Assembly: GCA_021827645.1 (NCBI GenBank) | Contig: JAKAVA010000045.1 | Span: forward strand, 17,410 to 81,409 | DNA length: 64,000 nucleotides | From: Planctomycetota bacterium | Lineage (GTDB): Bacteria; Planctomycetota; Phycisphaerae; WQYP01 | Reading direction: 5' to 3' | In this document: one piece after another, positions 26,877 through 36,278 of the stretch | Layout of the letters: each line of letters begins with the position of its first letter | How positions within the stretch are numbered: position 1 is the stretch's first letter | Translations under genes and position numbers: made by a program | The notes under the pieces: generated by a model | Databases searched by the model: none | Told to the model about the DNA's origin: nothing | Seen by the model: the letters and a program-made list of their open reading frames with translations, nothing else

Positions 26877-28991
26877 ATGAGTGATTTTTCCGTTCGGCAT
26901 CGAGAGCGGCCGCGCGAATTAAAGTGGTACCACGCATCGGCCATTCTGTACGGTGACTGGGGTACGAGCCGCTTTTATGTCCTCGGACTGGCTTTTTTCT
27001 ATTCGCTCTACGCAAGTTTCTGGTACGTGCTGGCCGTGGGCGTACTCGTGGCGCTCGTCGGCTATGCTTACACGATCATCTGCCGATGCTTTCCAGACGG
27101 CGGCGGCGTCTATTCATCGGCCAAACATCTCAACAAACAGCTCGCGGTTGTCGGGGCCCTGCTTTTATGTGCGGACTACATTGTCACGGCGGCGCTTTCC
27201 TCTTATGACGGCATGCAGTATCTCGGTGTGCCTGATCGGGGCATGCTTGTGCCTGCCTGCGCGGTGGGCGCCATCATCATCATCGGAGTGCTGAACTTTT
27301 TCGGGCTGCGCCGCGTCGGCATTCTGGCCCTTATCGTCGCGATGGCCACCTTGGTCTTGACGTTCATCATCAGTGCCTTTTCCATTCCGCATCTGGCTCA
27401 GGGGTGGCATAACATCACGACGCACGGCCAATTGACCGGTAATCCGATGAATAAGTGGATTGCGTTTGTCAATGTTGTGCTTGCGCTTTCCGGCGTTGAA
27501 GCGGTGGCCAATATGACCGGCGTGATGATCAAGCCGGTCGTTAAAACAGCCCGCAAGACGATTATGCCGGTGCTGATCGAGGTGGTCATTTTCAATCTTT
27601 TCCTGGCGGTGGGCATGAACGCACTGGGACCCAATCCCGCCAAACCGCAGGAACGCTTCACCACGCCCGCGGTGGTGCTGCACCACAAGGTGCGAGAATT
27701 CAAAAGCCAAAATCCCGACTGGAAGAAGAGCCCCGAACTGGTCAAGCGGGTTAAGAGCTTAGACCAAAACTATCAGCGGGAGAATGAAATTCAGAATGCA
27801 GCGCTGCGTGTCATGGCTACCGATTACGTCGGGCGACCGTTCGGCTGGTTCTGCGGACTTGTCTTTGGTCTGCTGCTGATTTCCGCGGTCAATACGGCCA
27901 TCGGCGCCATGATGAGTATTCAGTACACCATGTCGCGGGACAATGAACTGCCAAAGCTCCTCACGCGCCTCAATCCGTTCGGTGTGCCATGGGTTGCGCT
28001 CGTACCGGCGGTCGCCGTCCCAATTCTGATATTATCGATTTTTCACAGTCTGGACACGCTGGGTGATCTGTACGCCATCGGCGTGGTGGGCGCCATCGCC
28101 ATTAACCTATCCAGCACCGCCGTCAATCGAAAGTTGGAACTGAAAAACTGGGAGCGGATTTTCCTCGGCGCCGTCGGGCTGATCATGCTGGCGATTGAAT
28201 TTACACTCGCAGCGGTTAAGCATGAAGCGCTGGTATTTGCGTTATGTGTGCTGGCGGCGGGTTTGCTGGCGAGATTTTATACCAAGCAGTATCCGTTATT
28301 AACCGATCGCCGAAAGGCTCTGGCCATGATGCTCAGCGGTGTGGGAGGTTACCTTCTCACCGCCCTGCTGACGATCGGCGCGGTTCATATGTTTCCCGGC
28401 AATCCGATCTATGGCGGATGGATGGTGACCGGTGCCGTTCTGTTTGCCGGGCTGGCAACCACCGCCGTTTATAAATATCGCACCCAATCGGCGGCCCTTA
28501 AACTCAAACCAGAGGCGCTTGCCGCGAGTCAGCCGCAGGAACTGGTCTTTGGCACCCCCGCCAAGGAATTGGACATGTCCATGCGTAAAATCCTCGTTGC
28601 GACGCGCGGCGGGCGTCGGTTGCTGGAATTTGCAGCTGAATATGCCAAAGAGACTCAAAGTATCATGATCGTGCTGTTTGTAAGACAATTGCAACTGGCG
28701 TTTGAGACGGAGGCGGAAGGGCCGACACTGGAAGAAGATCGCGAGGCGATCGACGTCTTCCAGTTTACCCAGAAACTGGCTCAGGAAAAGCAGATTCCAC
28801 TGATTCCGATCTATGCGGTCTCACCGGACGTGAGCTACACGATTCTGGATTTTGCCGCCACCTACGGCGTAAATGCTCTGTTTATGGGGGTATCCCGCCG
28901 TGCGACGCTGCTGAGAGTGCTGCATGGAGATACGCTCACCGCGGTCGCCGACCAGTTACCATCGGATATTCCGCTGCTGATTCACGCCTGA
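26877..28991 (+). CDS. APC-family permease fused to a C-terminal universal stress protein (USP) domain
   Basis: About 12-14 TM segments with an APC-like N-terminus (ILYGDWGTSRFYVLGLAF..., GGGVYSSA). C-terminal KILVATRGGRRLLEFAAEYA...ALFMGVSRRATLLRVLHGDTLTAVADQLPSDIPLLIHA is a USP fold. Confidence 0.8.
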   Translation: MSDFSVRHRERPRELKWYHASAILYGDWGTSRFYVLGLAFFYSLYASFWYVLAVGVLVALVGYAYTIICRCFPDGGGVYSSAKHLNKQLAVVGALLLCADYIVTAALSSYDGMQYLGVPDRGMLVPACAVGAIIIIGVLNFFGLRRVGILALIVAMATLVLTFIISAFSIPHLAQGWHNITTHGQLTGNPMNKWIAFVNVVLALSGVEAVANMTGVMIKPVVKTARKTIMPVLIEVVIFNLFLAVGMNALGPNPAKPQERFTTPAVVLHHKVREFKSQNPDWKKSPELVKRVKSLDQNYQRENEIQNAALRVMATDYVGRPFGWFCGLVFGLLLISAVNTAIGAMMSIQYTMSRDNELPKLLTRLNPFGVPWVALVPAVAVPILILSIFHSLDTLGDLYAIGVVGAIAINLSSTAVNRKLELKNWERIFLGAVGLIMLAIEFTLAAVKHEALVFALCVLAAGLLARFYTKQYPLLTDRRKALAMMLSGVGGYLLTALLTIGAVHMFPGNPIYGGWMVTGAVLFAGLATTAVYKYRTQSAALKLKPEALAASQPQELVFGTPAKELDMSMRKILVATRGGRRLLEFAAEYAKETQSIMIVLFVRQLQLAFETEAEGPTLEEDREAIDVFQFTQKLAQEKQIPLIPIYAVSPDVSYTILDFAATYGVNALFMGVSRRATLLRVLHGDTLTAVADQLPSDIPLLIHA

Positions 28992-29030
28992 TCACTTCTG
29001 GTATCGGGACTATGTTTTCATTTAAGGAAG

Positions 29031-29696
29031 ATGATGCTTAAGCCGCTCTCAACTCAAATTCGTTCTGACAAACTTGAACCTTGGCAGGCCAGCCCACGTG
29101 CCGATCTACCGCCGGATGTCGGGGGCCTGATCTTTGACTGTGATGGGACTATTGTCGATACCATGCCGGTGCATTTTCATGCGTGGCAGGAGGCGCTTGC
29201 TTCGCATGGAATCGGGTTTGATGAAGAACATTTCTACAAGCTGGCGGGGATGCCAACACCGAAAATTGCCAATATGTTGGCGGTGGAACATGGTAAGCCC
29301 GACGCCGGGGCGGACATCGCTCATCGAAAGGAAGAAGCTTACCTGCGGCGGCTCGATGAAATACAGATCATCGAGCCGGTGGTGGAATTGGTGCGCCGCT
29401 ACCATAAACAGCGGCCGCTGGCGGTGGCGAGCGGAGGCTTGAGGCGGGTGGTCAGTGCACAGTTGAAGGCGGCGGGATTGGAACATTATTTTCCAGTGGT
29501 TGTCTGCGCAGATGACGTGGAACATGGCAAGCCGGCGCCGGACACTTTTCTTCTGGCGGCAAGGCGGATGGGCATCGAGCCGGGGCGATGCGTGGTATAT
29601 GAGGATGGCGTGTTGGGATTTCAGGCGGCTGCCGCGGCGGGGATGCGATGTGTGGACGTGCGGCCATGGTATTTCACGCCCGGCCGCCGGGGGTAA
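29031..29696 (+). CDS. HAD-IA family hydrolase (beta-phosphoglucomutase-like)
   Basis: GLIFDCDGTIVDT (DxDGT), VASGG, HGKPAPDTFLLAARRMG, YEDGVLGFQAA. Confidence 0.88.
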   Translation: MMLKPLSTQIRSDKLEPWQASPRADLPPDVGGLIFDCDGTIVDTMPVHFHAWQEALASHGIGFDEEHFYKLAGMPTPKIANMLAVEHGKPDAGADIAHRKEEAYLRRLDEIQIIEPVVELVRRYHKQRPLAVASGGLRRVVSAQLKAAGLEHYFPVVVCADDVEHGKPAPDTFLLAARRMGIEPGRCVVYEDGVLGFQAAAAAGMRCVDVRPWYFTPGRRG

Positions 29697-29727
29697 CGGT
29701 AGCCTGTTGATCGGAGCGGATGACCGG

Positions 29728-30171
29728 TCAGTGATGAACCGGCATCATGGTTGTGGCGTGTGCGGTGAGAAACAATATAGCGAAAAGCACAAAGATCAGG
29801 ATCAACGCCACCAGCGCAAGCTGAATCGTCCCAAGGATAATACCGGCCGTCGCCATGCCGGAGGGCGCCGCACCGGCGCTTTTGCTCTCACTCCAGGACA
29901 TGATACCGAAGATGATCGCGACGATCGCCCCGATGAACGGCAGAAACAGATAACCAAGGATGCCACTCACCAGCGAAACGATGGCAAAGACTTCGCCCGG
30001 ACGTTCATTTCCGCCGGCGCGCGGATCGGCAGCCGTGGAGTATCGAAATGCGGCCGAGAGCCTCGCATGGCATTCAGGGCATATGATGCCGTCGCGAATC
30101 GGCACACCGGTTTCCAACGCCCCAATCTGCCTTCCGCAATTCGCACAGGTGGGCTGTCCACCGTCGGTCAT
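29728..30171 (-). CDS. zinc-ribbon / DUF4190-like small membrane protein
   Basis: ATG 30171 behind GGAGG. CANCG...CPEC zinc ribbon, then two glycine-rich TM helices (AIVSLVSGILGYLFLPFIGAIVAIIFGIMS; GIILGTIQLALVALILIFVLFAILF). Confidence 0.65.
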   Translation of the reverse strand: MTDGGQPTCANCGRQIGALETGVPIRDGIICPECHARLSAAFRYSTAADPRAGGNERPGEVFAIVSLVSGILGYLFLPFIGAIVAIIFGIMSWSESKSAGAAPSGMATAGIILGTIQLALVALILIFVLFAILFLTAHATTMMPVHH

Positions 30172-30358
30172 GATTTGTCCTCCACCTTTAATCTGCGAAG
30201 TGATGATCGAATCAAACCTGCTGATTGTCAAGGATGTCCATCAATGGATTTCCACTGTCCCGATTAAGTTACTCCGCGAGAGGCCGGCCGCTGAATACAA
30301 GACTCATGGCGTCGCCGAAAGCAGTGCGGTGCCGATTTTTGATTGAACAAACCGCCTG

Positions 30359-33300
30359 TTATCCATTAAAAGGCAATTGAATATCCATATTCTGTCGCGA
30401 TGCAGCCTTGTAGACCAGGAGGTGAACCTGAACGGGAGAGTGTCCCTGTTCATCAAAAACAATGATGGAATTTCGTCCCTTATGGAGCCATGCTGAAGGG
30501 ATGTACAAACCCGTCGGCATGAAATGATCAGGATATCGGCCGAGGTTATGCCCGTTTATCCATACATATCCGCCCCCCATACCCGTCACCGCGACGCGCA
30601 GGACACGATGAACACCGTATGGAATCGGCGTCACAGTGAAACTATTCTTGTAAAATGTGGGCACACCGGTAGCCACGCTTCCCGATTTCCAACCGGTTTT
30701 GGGATTGATGGGGCCGATACCTCCGTGCATTTTCCACGGCGTAATAATTCCAGTTTTGCCCACCGCAGGACGCCGATCTTTAATAATCATTGTCATCGGA
30801 TCTGAAAATTTGACAGGCATTTTGGTCATCGGCAGCAACAGATCAATTCGATTCGGTCGATTGCCATGATGCCATCCCATGCGCATGACCGTATGCACCG
30901 CACCGTCTGCGGCCCGATTGAGGGTGAGTTGGTGCCCATCGACAAAAAGCATGGCCCCGTGGGGTAGTGCCCGGATGTAGAAACGGAGAGAATCGGCGGA
31001 CACCGCGCCGGTCATGGCTCGCAGCCACCAATAACCGGCTTTTGCGGAACTCAGCGGGTCCGTTGTTTTAAGGATGCTCCAACCCTTGTGGCCGGGTTGA
31101 TTACTCAAAATATTGGCCACAGCATCAGCGACCGAGGCGTAGACATCCTTGATCCGCCACTGCGCAAGTTGACGTTTTTCAACCACTTGTCTCGTCAACT
31201 TAACGGGACCATACAGTCCCATTTTATAGACGTCGGCCAGCAATCCACTATAGCCCCACATCTTGCTTCGCCCCTGATTGACGGTAAACACCGCCAATGT
31301 CTTGGCGCCCCGGCGGAGTCGGATGGGACAAAAGCCGCTGCCGGTGATCATACGCATACGACCGTTGATGAAAATCTCCGCATAATTACGAATGCCGGCG
31401 AGTTCAAGGATATAGTTGCCGGTTTTCAGCACATTCAGCGAGGCACGATACCATTCATACGCGCCGGGATAATCATCCGCACCCATCTGCCGCGGATTGA
31501 CGCAGGATAGCCACGATGAGTCATTAAAATTAGCGCTGGCCGGCGCATCGTCCGGCCGCCATTGCCATGCCCCCAGTGCCGGGGGTGAAACCGCCGGAAC
31601 GGGCTTGAATGTGACGCGGTGGATCGCTGGCGTCGATCTGGAAGATAGTATTCCGACGCGGAGAGAATCTTTTTTCGACAGCATTGGCCGCTGAACGGCC
31701 AGCACCATATTTGTACCTTGCAGCATTGACTGACCCACGTAGTGCGGGCCCCAGACAATCAGACGGCGACCGTGCGAGTTGATGACCCATGTGTGACGAG
31801 CGAGCACATTGGACATGGCAAGCACTCGCAGCACATGCGTACCATCGCGAATAATCCGCAACTGCGGCGAACCGGCCTTAAATCTGATTTTCCAGAAGTA
31901 AAGCCCCCCGCTCCGTGTAAAGTCTTTGGATGCGGAGACGACACCTTTACCAAGGACATGAATCCGCAGCAGTCCTGTACTGCCCGGGCGACCGTACATG
32001 ACAAGCGTTTCAACGCCCGGTTGCTGTCGAAAACAGCCGAATACCATGCCGCAAAGCGCATTGATTTTGAAATATCTATTGATCTTATAATGTAGAATGA
32101 TCGGGATGGTACGATTGGCCGGTATGACCATTTTGCCCCCTACGCGGGATACCACGGCACGATTAACCGTTGAAAAATTACGGAGAAAAACGATGGTGCC
32201 CGCCGGAGAACGACGCGCAGCGATATGGCAACCTGATGCGATAGTTCTATATTGAGCAGTGACATCCACGCTGTCGGCGAGCACCGACTGAAAACTACGG
32301 CCGAAATAGTTGGCCAACTTATAGTTGTAGTAACTGGGGCGAAGATCACCTCCCTGCCCGACCGGAGCACCAAAATCATAACTGGCCTGATTGGATTGAT
32401 TGTTCCAATGGGAGAAATTGGTGCCGCCGATGGTCATATAGACGTTATAACCCGCGCCGCCATTGGCGATCACATCCCATGGTGCCCGCGTCATCCTGAG
32501 ACGTTCTTGCGAGCCGACGGGCCATTCTCCATATTGCGTAAACCACCCCGACCACATTTCCGTGGAAAACCATGGCGATGAGTCCTGGGCGTGGTTGAAC
32601 GGCCTTTTGCCCGCCGGATCCGGACTATGATGTTGGCCACTGAAAAAAAACGGCACATCCACGCCGAACTTCATGCACTCATGGTAAAGATATTTGTAGT
32701 ACCGGTTGGGTAACACCGCACCCCAACCTTGAAGGTCTTCATTTTCCAATTGGATCATGATAACCGGGCCGCCATGGGTGACCTGCAGCGGAATTAATTT
32801 GGGCAGAAGCTTGTGATAATATTGACGCAGGGCGCCGATGTAGGGTTTATCTGCATGGCGAACCGCGAGGCCTGGGATAAATCGTAGCCAGACCGGATAA
32901 CCGCCAGAATCCCACTCCGCACAATCCCACGGACCGATCCGCAGAATGACGTAAAAGCCCATTTTCTGGGCCAGTCTAACAAAAGCTACAATATTGTGTC
33001 GGCCATGGAAATCAAATTGCCCCTCACGCGGCTCCTGATAATTCCAAAATATATACGTAGAGAGACAGTTAAAACCCGCCCGCTTCATTTTTTCCATGCG
33101 ATTCGCCCACATGGCGCGGGGCACACGTGGATAATGGAACGAGCCGGAGACTACAAAAACGCGTTTACCATTGATGACGAAACCTTTCCCGTCGATACGT
33201 ATCTTGGAGGCGACCGATTTGGGTGGCAAAAACATGGATGCGTGCGCCCGGCCCACCGCGATCCAAAGGATCGCGAGAAAGGCGATCGCCCAGATGTATA

Positions 33301-33454
33301 TCGAGAGCTGGCGAATATTTAATTTCACTCCGGCGTTGGTGCCATGCAAGGTCGTGCGGAAGCCTTCGGAAGTTATGTACAAGATTGCAAACCAAACCTT
33401 TCTTCTCTCTCGGCCGTTTTGCTTGGAGGACCAGAACACGGCTTCGTGGATCAT
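30359..33454 (-). CDS. GH35 beta-galactosidase with long C-terminal beta-sandwich region
   Basis: FHYPRVPRAMWANRMEKMKRAGFNCLSTYIFWNYQEPREGQFDF, IMIQLENE (acid/base Glu), STEMWSGWFTQYG (nucleophile Glu). N-terminal signal anchor IYIWAIAFLAILWIAVGRAHA. Confidence 0.85.
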   Translation of the reverse strand: MIHEAVFWSSKQNGRERRKVWFAILYITSEGFRTTLHGTNAGVKLNIRQLSIYIWAIAFLAILWIAVGRAHASMFLPPKSVASKIRIDGKGFVINGKRVFVVSGSFHYPRVPRAMWANRMEKMKRAGFNCLSTYIFWNYQEPREGQFDFHGRHNIVAFVRLAQKMGFYVILRIGPWDCAEWDSGGYPVWLRFIPGLAVRHADKPYIGALRQYYHKLLPKLIPLQVTHGGPVIMIQLENEDLQGWGAVLPNRYYKYLYHECMKFGVDVPFFFSGQHHSPDPAGKRPFNHAQDSSPWFSTEMWSGWFTQYGEWPVGSQERLRMTRAPWDVIANGGAGYNVYMTIGGTNFSHWNNQSNQASYDFGAPVGQGGDLRPSYYNYKLANYFGRSFQSVLADSVDVTAQYRTIASGCHIAARRSPAGTIVFLRNFSTVNRAVVSRVGGKMVIPANRTIPIILHYKINRYFKINALCGMVFGCFRQQPGVETLVMYGRPGSTGLLRIHVLGKGVVSASKDFTRSGGLYFWKIRFKAGSPQLRIIRDGTHVLRVLAMSNVLARHTWVINSHGRRLIVWGPHYVGQSMLQGTNMVLAVQRPMLSKKDSLRVGILSSRSTPAIHRVTFKPVPAVSPPALGAWQWRPDDAPASANFNDSSWLSCVNPRQMGADDYPGAYEWYRASLNVLKTGNYILELAGIRNYAEIFINGRMRMITGSGFCPIRLRRGAKTLAVFTVNQGRSKMWGYSGLLADVYKMGLYGPVKLTRQVVEKRQLAQWRIKDVYASVADAVANILSNQPGHKGWSILKTTDPLSSAKAGYWWLRAMTGAVSADSLRFYIRALPHGAMLFVDGHQLTLNRAADGAVHTVMRMGWHHGNRPNRIDLLLPMTKMPVKFSDPMTMIIKDRRPAVGKTGIITPWKMHGGIGPINPKTGWKSGSVATGVPTFYKNSFTVTPIPYGVHRVLRVAVTGMGGGYVWINGHNLGRYPDHFMPTGLYIPSAWLHKGRNSIIVFDEQGHSPVQVHLLVYKAASRQNMDIQLPFNG

Positions 33455-33555
33455 CCCGGCACCGCAGACTCCGATAAACCAAGTTTATAGCAGAAACGCT
33501 TCATGGGCGATTGTATTTCGCATGAGATAAATTCAACATGCGGGCGATCAACCGG

Positions 33556-33852
33556 TCATTTACCATTATGTCCAGAAGGCAATGCGATACCAAATGAGAG
33601 CTTGGCAATAGATTTGCCATCGAGCCCAAGGGGCGTAATCGGTTTCCCGATCCATTTTTGAAGAATTCTTATGATTCGCGCAGGGGCTATTCCACTTGCC
33701 TCGCTATTTGAACTGGAATTCAAAATTTGATCAACGTTATCAGAATAAATCCCTGTTGGGTGAACCGGCCAATGGCAATCAGTTGTCGGGGACCGAACCA
33801 ACTCAGCTACCTGTGTCGAGAGTCTACACCGCATAGCACCGTGGGAAAACAT
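33556..33852 (-). CDS. hypothetical small protein (weak call)
   Basis: 98 codons from ATG 33852, 14 nt after the sulfotransferase stop. Low-GC like the sulfotransferase gene. No motif recognised. Confidence 0.25.
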   Translation of the reverse strand: MFSHGAMRCRLSTQVAELVRSPTTDCHWPVHPTGIYSDNVDQILNSSSNSEASGIAPARIIRILQKWIGKPITPLGLDGKSIAKLSFGIALPSGHNGK

Positions 33853-33866
33853 AGTAGACCGGGGTG

Positions 33867-34694
33867 TTATCTCTGCCCCATTTCCAGAAGCGTTTTCCAC
33901 GCGATGGAAAACACCTCCTCCGGTATTGCGTCGGCAGCTATGGCATCGAGAAGCGTAAATGCGGCACTATATAAGTCGTGGGAGGGCTTTCCATTGGCGG
34001 CTTGATACCCCTCATATCGTCTATGCCGAAGCTTCTGATCTAAAAATGACTTGATAAATGTCCGCCCCGTCGTGGCATTTATTTTTGATAGATCAAGGTT
34101 CAACGCAACAGCTTCTCGACGCAGTTCACACTTGGGATCATCCAGCATACGGTCGTAGCTGATAAATACACGATTGTCACATTGTGTATCACGTATAGCG
34201 GCGGCCATGTGCTCAAGCCATAGTGTGTAACCCGCCCGCAAACTCAGACCATATTTCGCACGCAACGATTCTGCCACGCTTCGGGGGTGCCGTACCGAAA
34301 TTATGTAACTGGCATCGGCCCCGATCCGTTGAAAAACTTCCTTCCAGAATGGAACCAATCGACAAGCGCGGGGATCCTTAAATCCCCACAGCGGAGCATG
34401 GCCAAACCGCGATCGCACATCTTCAGCGGCCTGCCGAACGATTTGGCGATAAGCGGGATGTTTTTTAACCCTGTTACAATCAAATCCGTGTTTTCGCCAT
34501 GAAAATCCGTGGGCAGTCAATATTCGATCATTGGTGGCGGTGATTCGGTTATCTTCCCAGAACCCTTTGGGATGATCCGGTTGGCTTGCCATCAAGTCGT
34601 CGCCCAGATACACATCGAATACCGCCAATGATCTCGCCACCACACTGGTCCCGCTGTGGTGCATTCCCAATACAACGACCGCTCTTTTCGTCAT
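33867..34694 (-). CDS. PAPS-dependent sulfotransferase family protein
   Basis: From ATG 34694: MTKRAVVVLGMHHSGTSVVARSL (5'-PSB loop GxxxSGT[ST]), and ISVRHPRSVAESL (3'-PB-like). No signal peptide. The track ORF begins at 34769. Confidence 0.7.
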   Translation of the reverse strand: MTKRAVVVLGMHHSGTSVVARSLAVFDVYLGDDLMASQPDHPKGFWEDNRITATNDRILTAHGFSWRKHGFDCNRVKKHPAYRQIVRQAAEDVRSRFGHAPLWGFKDPRACRLVPFWKEVFQRIGADASYIISVRHPRSVAESLRAKYGLSLRAGYTLWLEHMAAAIRDTQCDNRVFISYDRMLDDPKCELRREAVALNLDLSKINATTGRTFIKSFLDQKLRHRRYEGYQAANGKPSHDLYSAAFTLLDAIAADAIPEEVFSIAWKTLLEMGQR

Positions 34695-34731
34695 GATCAC
34701 ATAGCATCCATTCACTTTTGACGTTGGTATC

Positions 34732-35898
34732 CTAACGACTTGTGCGTCCGAAGGACCTTCGATAGGCACCGGGAGGGACTGCCTTGAAACGATGGAACAC
34801 TCGTACCATATGGCTTAAAGTCAAAAAACCGGACTCCCACGCAATGTTCTGCATCTTAAGCCTGCTGTTGATGACCAGATTGGCCGCGTGCTCTACCCGT
34901 CGCTGCCGAATTTCGTGCGCCATGCTGTGCCCAACAAAGCGCAGAAAGGCGGCGTGCAGGGTTCGGTATGATATATTCAATTCCTTGGCAATATCCTGAG
35001 CCCTGAGCCGTTCGCGGTAGCGTCGCTTGATAATCTCCATGGCGGCAGCAACATCCCGATTACTGATTGCCAGAATATCCGTGGACTGACGAACCGTTAT
35101 GCCGCGGGGAGGGATGAGGACAACTTCGGGAAGAGTCTTTTCACGGCGCATATACTGATCCAACAGCGCTGCCGCACCGTAACCGATTCCCTCCAGATTA
35201 TTGTCGATGCTTGATAGAGGCACCGGCGCGAATGGGCAGATTAACGGATCATCATTACAGCCCAGCACTGCAACATCCTCTGGAACCCGTAAACTCGCAC
35301 CCAGGGCCGCCTGAATAATCTCCGTCGCGAACTCATCCACCTGGGCGTTGACTGCCAGCGGCTTCGGCAATCTGCCAAGAGCCCGACATAAAACCTGCAG
35401 CCGCACATTGTAGCTGTGGGCAGAACAATCAATGAGATGGAATGTTTTTCCGGTGACCGCCACCGTTCGTCTGAATATTTCCAGTTTCGCCAATTCCGCC
35501 CGGTTGCCACGGCACACGTAATATGCAATATGTTCAAAACCCCTCTGGACAAAATGGTTCACCGCCAATTTCACGACCCGGTCCATATCCGCCGCCACTC
35601 TCGGCACTGGTAACCGATCGTCGTTGCCGATATTGATGATGGGCTTCTTATAACTCAGCAACCGTCGATCAACATCCCGATTGTTACCGGCGGTGCAGAG
35701 GATGCCGTCGCCGTTCCATTTTGTCGGCAGCAAAGAGTCATGGACGGTGCTGAGATCGAGTTGCCAATGGGCTTTTTCGGCGTATCGTGCAATGCCCCGA
35801 TGAATATTACTCGAATACCAACTCAAAGAGAGCAGAACTTTTCGTGCCGGTGAATAATCGGCGATTCCAGCAGGTATCCGAGTTGAGGATCGTTTCAT
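34732..35898 (-). CDS. AraC/XylS-family transcriptional regulator with N-terminal sugar-binding (LacI/XylR-like) domain
   Basis: C-terminal double HTH: AQDIAKELNISYRTLHAAFLRFVGHSMAHEIRQRRVEHAANLVINSRLKMQNIAWESGFLTLSHMVRVFHRFKAVPPGAYRR. The N-terminal ~270 aa are periplasmic-binding-protein-like. Start trimmed to ATG 35898. Confidence 0.85.
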   Translation of the reverse strand: MKRSSTRIPAGIADYSPARKVLLSLSWYSSNIHRGIARYAEKAHWQLDLSTVHDSLLPTKWNGDGILCTAGNNRDVDRRLLSYKKPIINIGNDDRLPVPRVAADMDRVVKLAVNHFVQRGFEHIAYYVCRGNRAELAKLEIFRRTVAVTGKTFHLIDCSAHSYNVRLQVLCRALGRLPKPLAVNAQVDEFATEIIQAALGASLRVPEDVAVLGCNDDPLICPFAPVPLSSIDNNLEGIGYGAAALLDQYMRREKTLPEVVLIPPRGITVRQSTDILAISNRDVAAAMEIIKRRYRERLRAQDIAKELNISYRTLHAAFLRFVGHSMAHEIRQRRVEHAANLVINSRLKMQNIAWESGFLTLSHMVRVFHRFKAVPPGAYRRSFGRTSR

Positions 35899-36119
35899 CG
35901 CAATCTGACTCCTGTAAGCATTTCCAGCATGCTCTAGGCATTCTACAGATATCAAAATAAAAAAGTGCGTCATCCGGCCTCATTCCGTTGATCGGCGAGG
36001 CCGAGTATTTTGTATCGGCCACCGGACGCCTCATCAACCCGAACACGCAGAGAAAGATCGTTACAAATAAATGACTACCCATTTCCGGGGTGGAACAGCG
36101 GAAAGTATGGGAGATGTCA

Positions 36120-36177
36120 AAATAGACAAGCGATTTGCACAAATAGATAACACACGAGCCTTGTGGTGGGCTATACT
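36120..36177 (+). promoter_or_regulatory. candidate activator-dependent promoter: two 10-bp direct repeats plus TATACT -10
   Basis: AAATAGACAA (36120..36129) and AAATAGATAA (36141..36150) are spaced exactly 21 bp apart. TATACT (36172..36177) lies 21 nt downstream of the proximal repeat. The element sits in the 380-bp divergent region between the AraC-type regulator and the PEP-CTERM gene. Confidence 0.3.
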
Positions 36178-36278
36178 GCTTCTAGTTTCATATTTCGTCT
36201 GCTGTCGTCGAATGCATGCCCCTACCGACGCAGCGGCCCATCAGTTCGGTCGGGGGCGCTTTTTTAAGGAGTTGACCC

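Noticed and set aside
29500-30267. 255-aa plus-strand ORF overlapping the HAD gene end and the DUF4190 gene.
   Set aside because: Arg/Gly/Asp-rich low-complexity translation with no motifs. The opposite and alternative frames give coherent HAD and zinc-ribbon/TM proteins.
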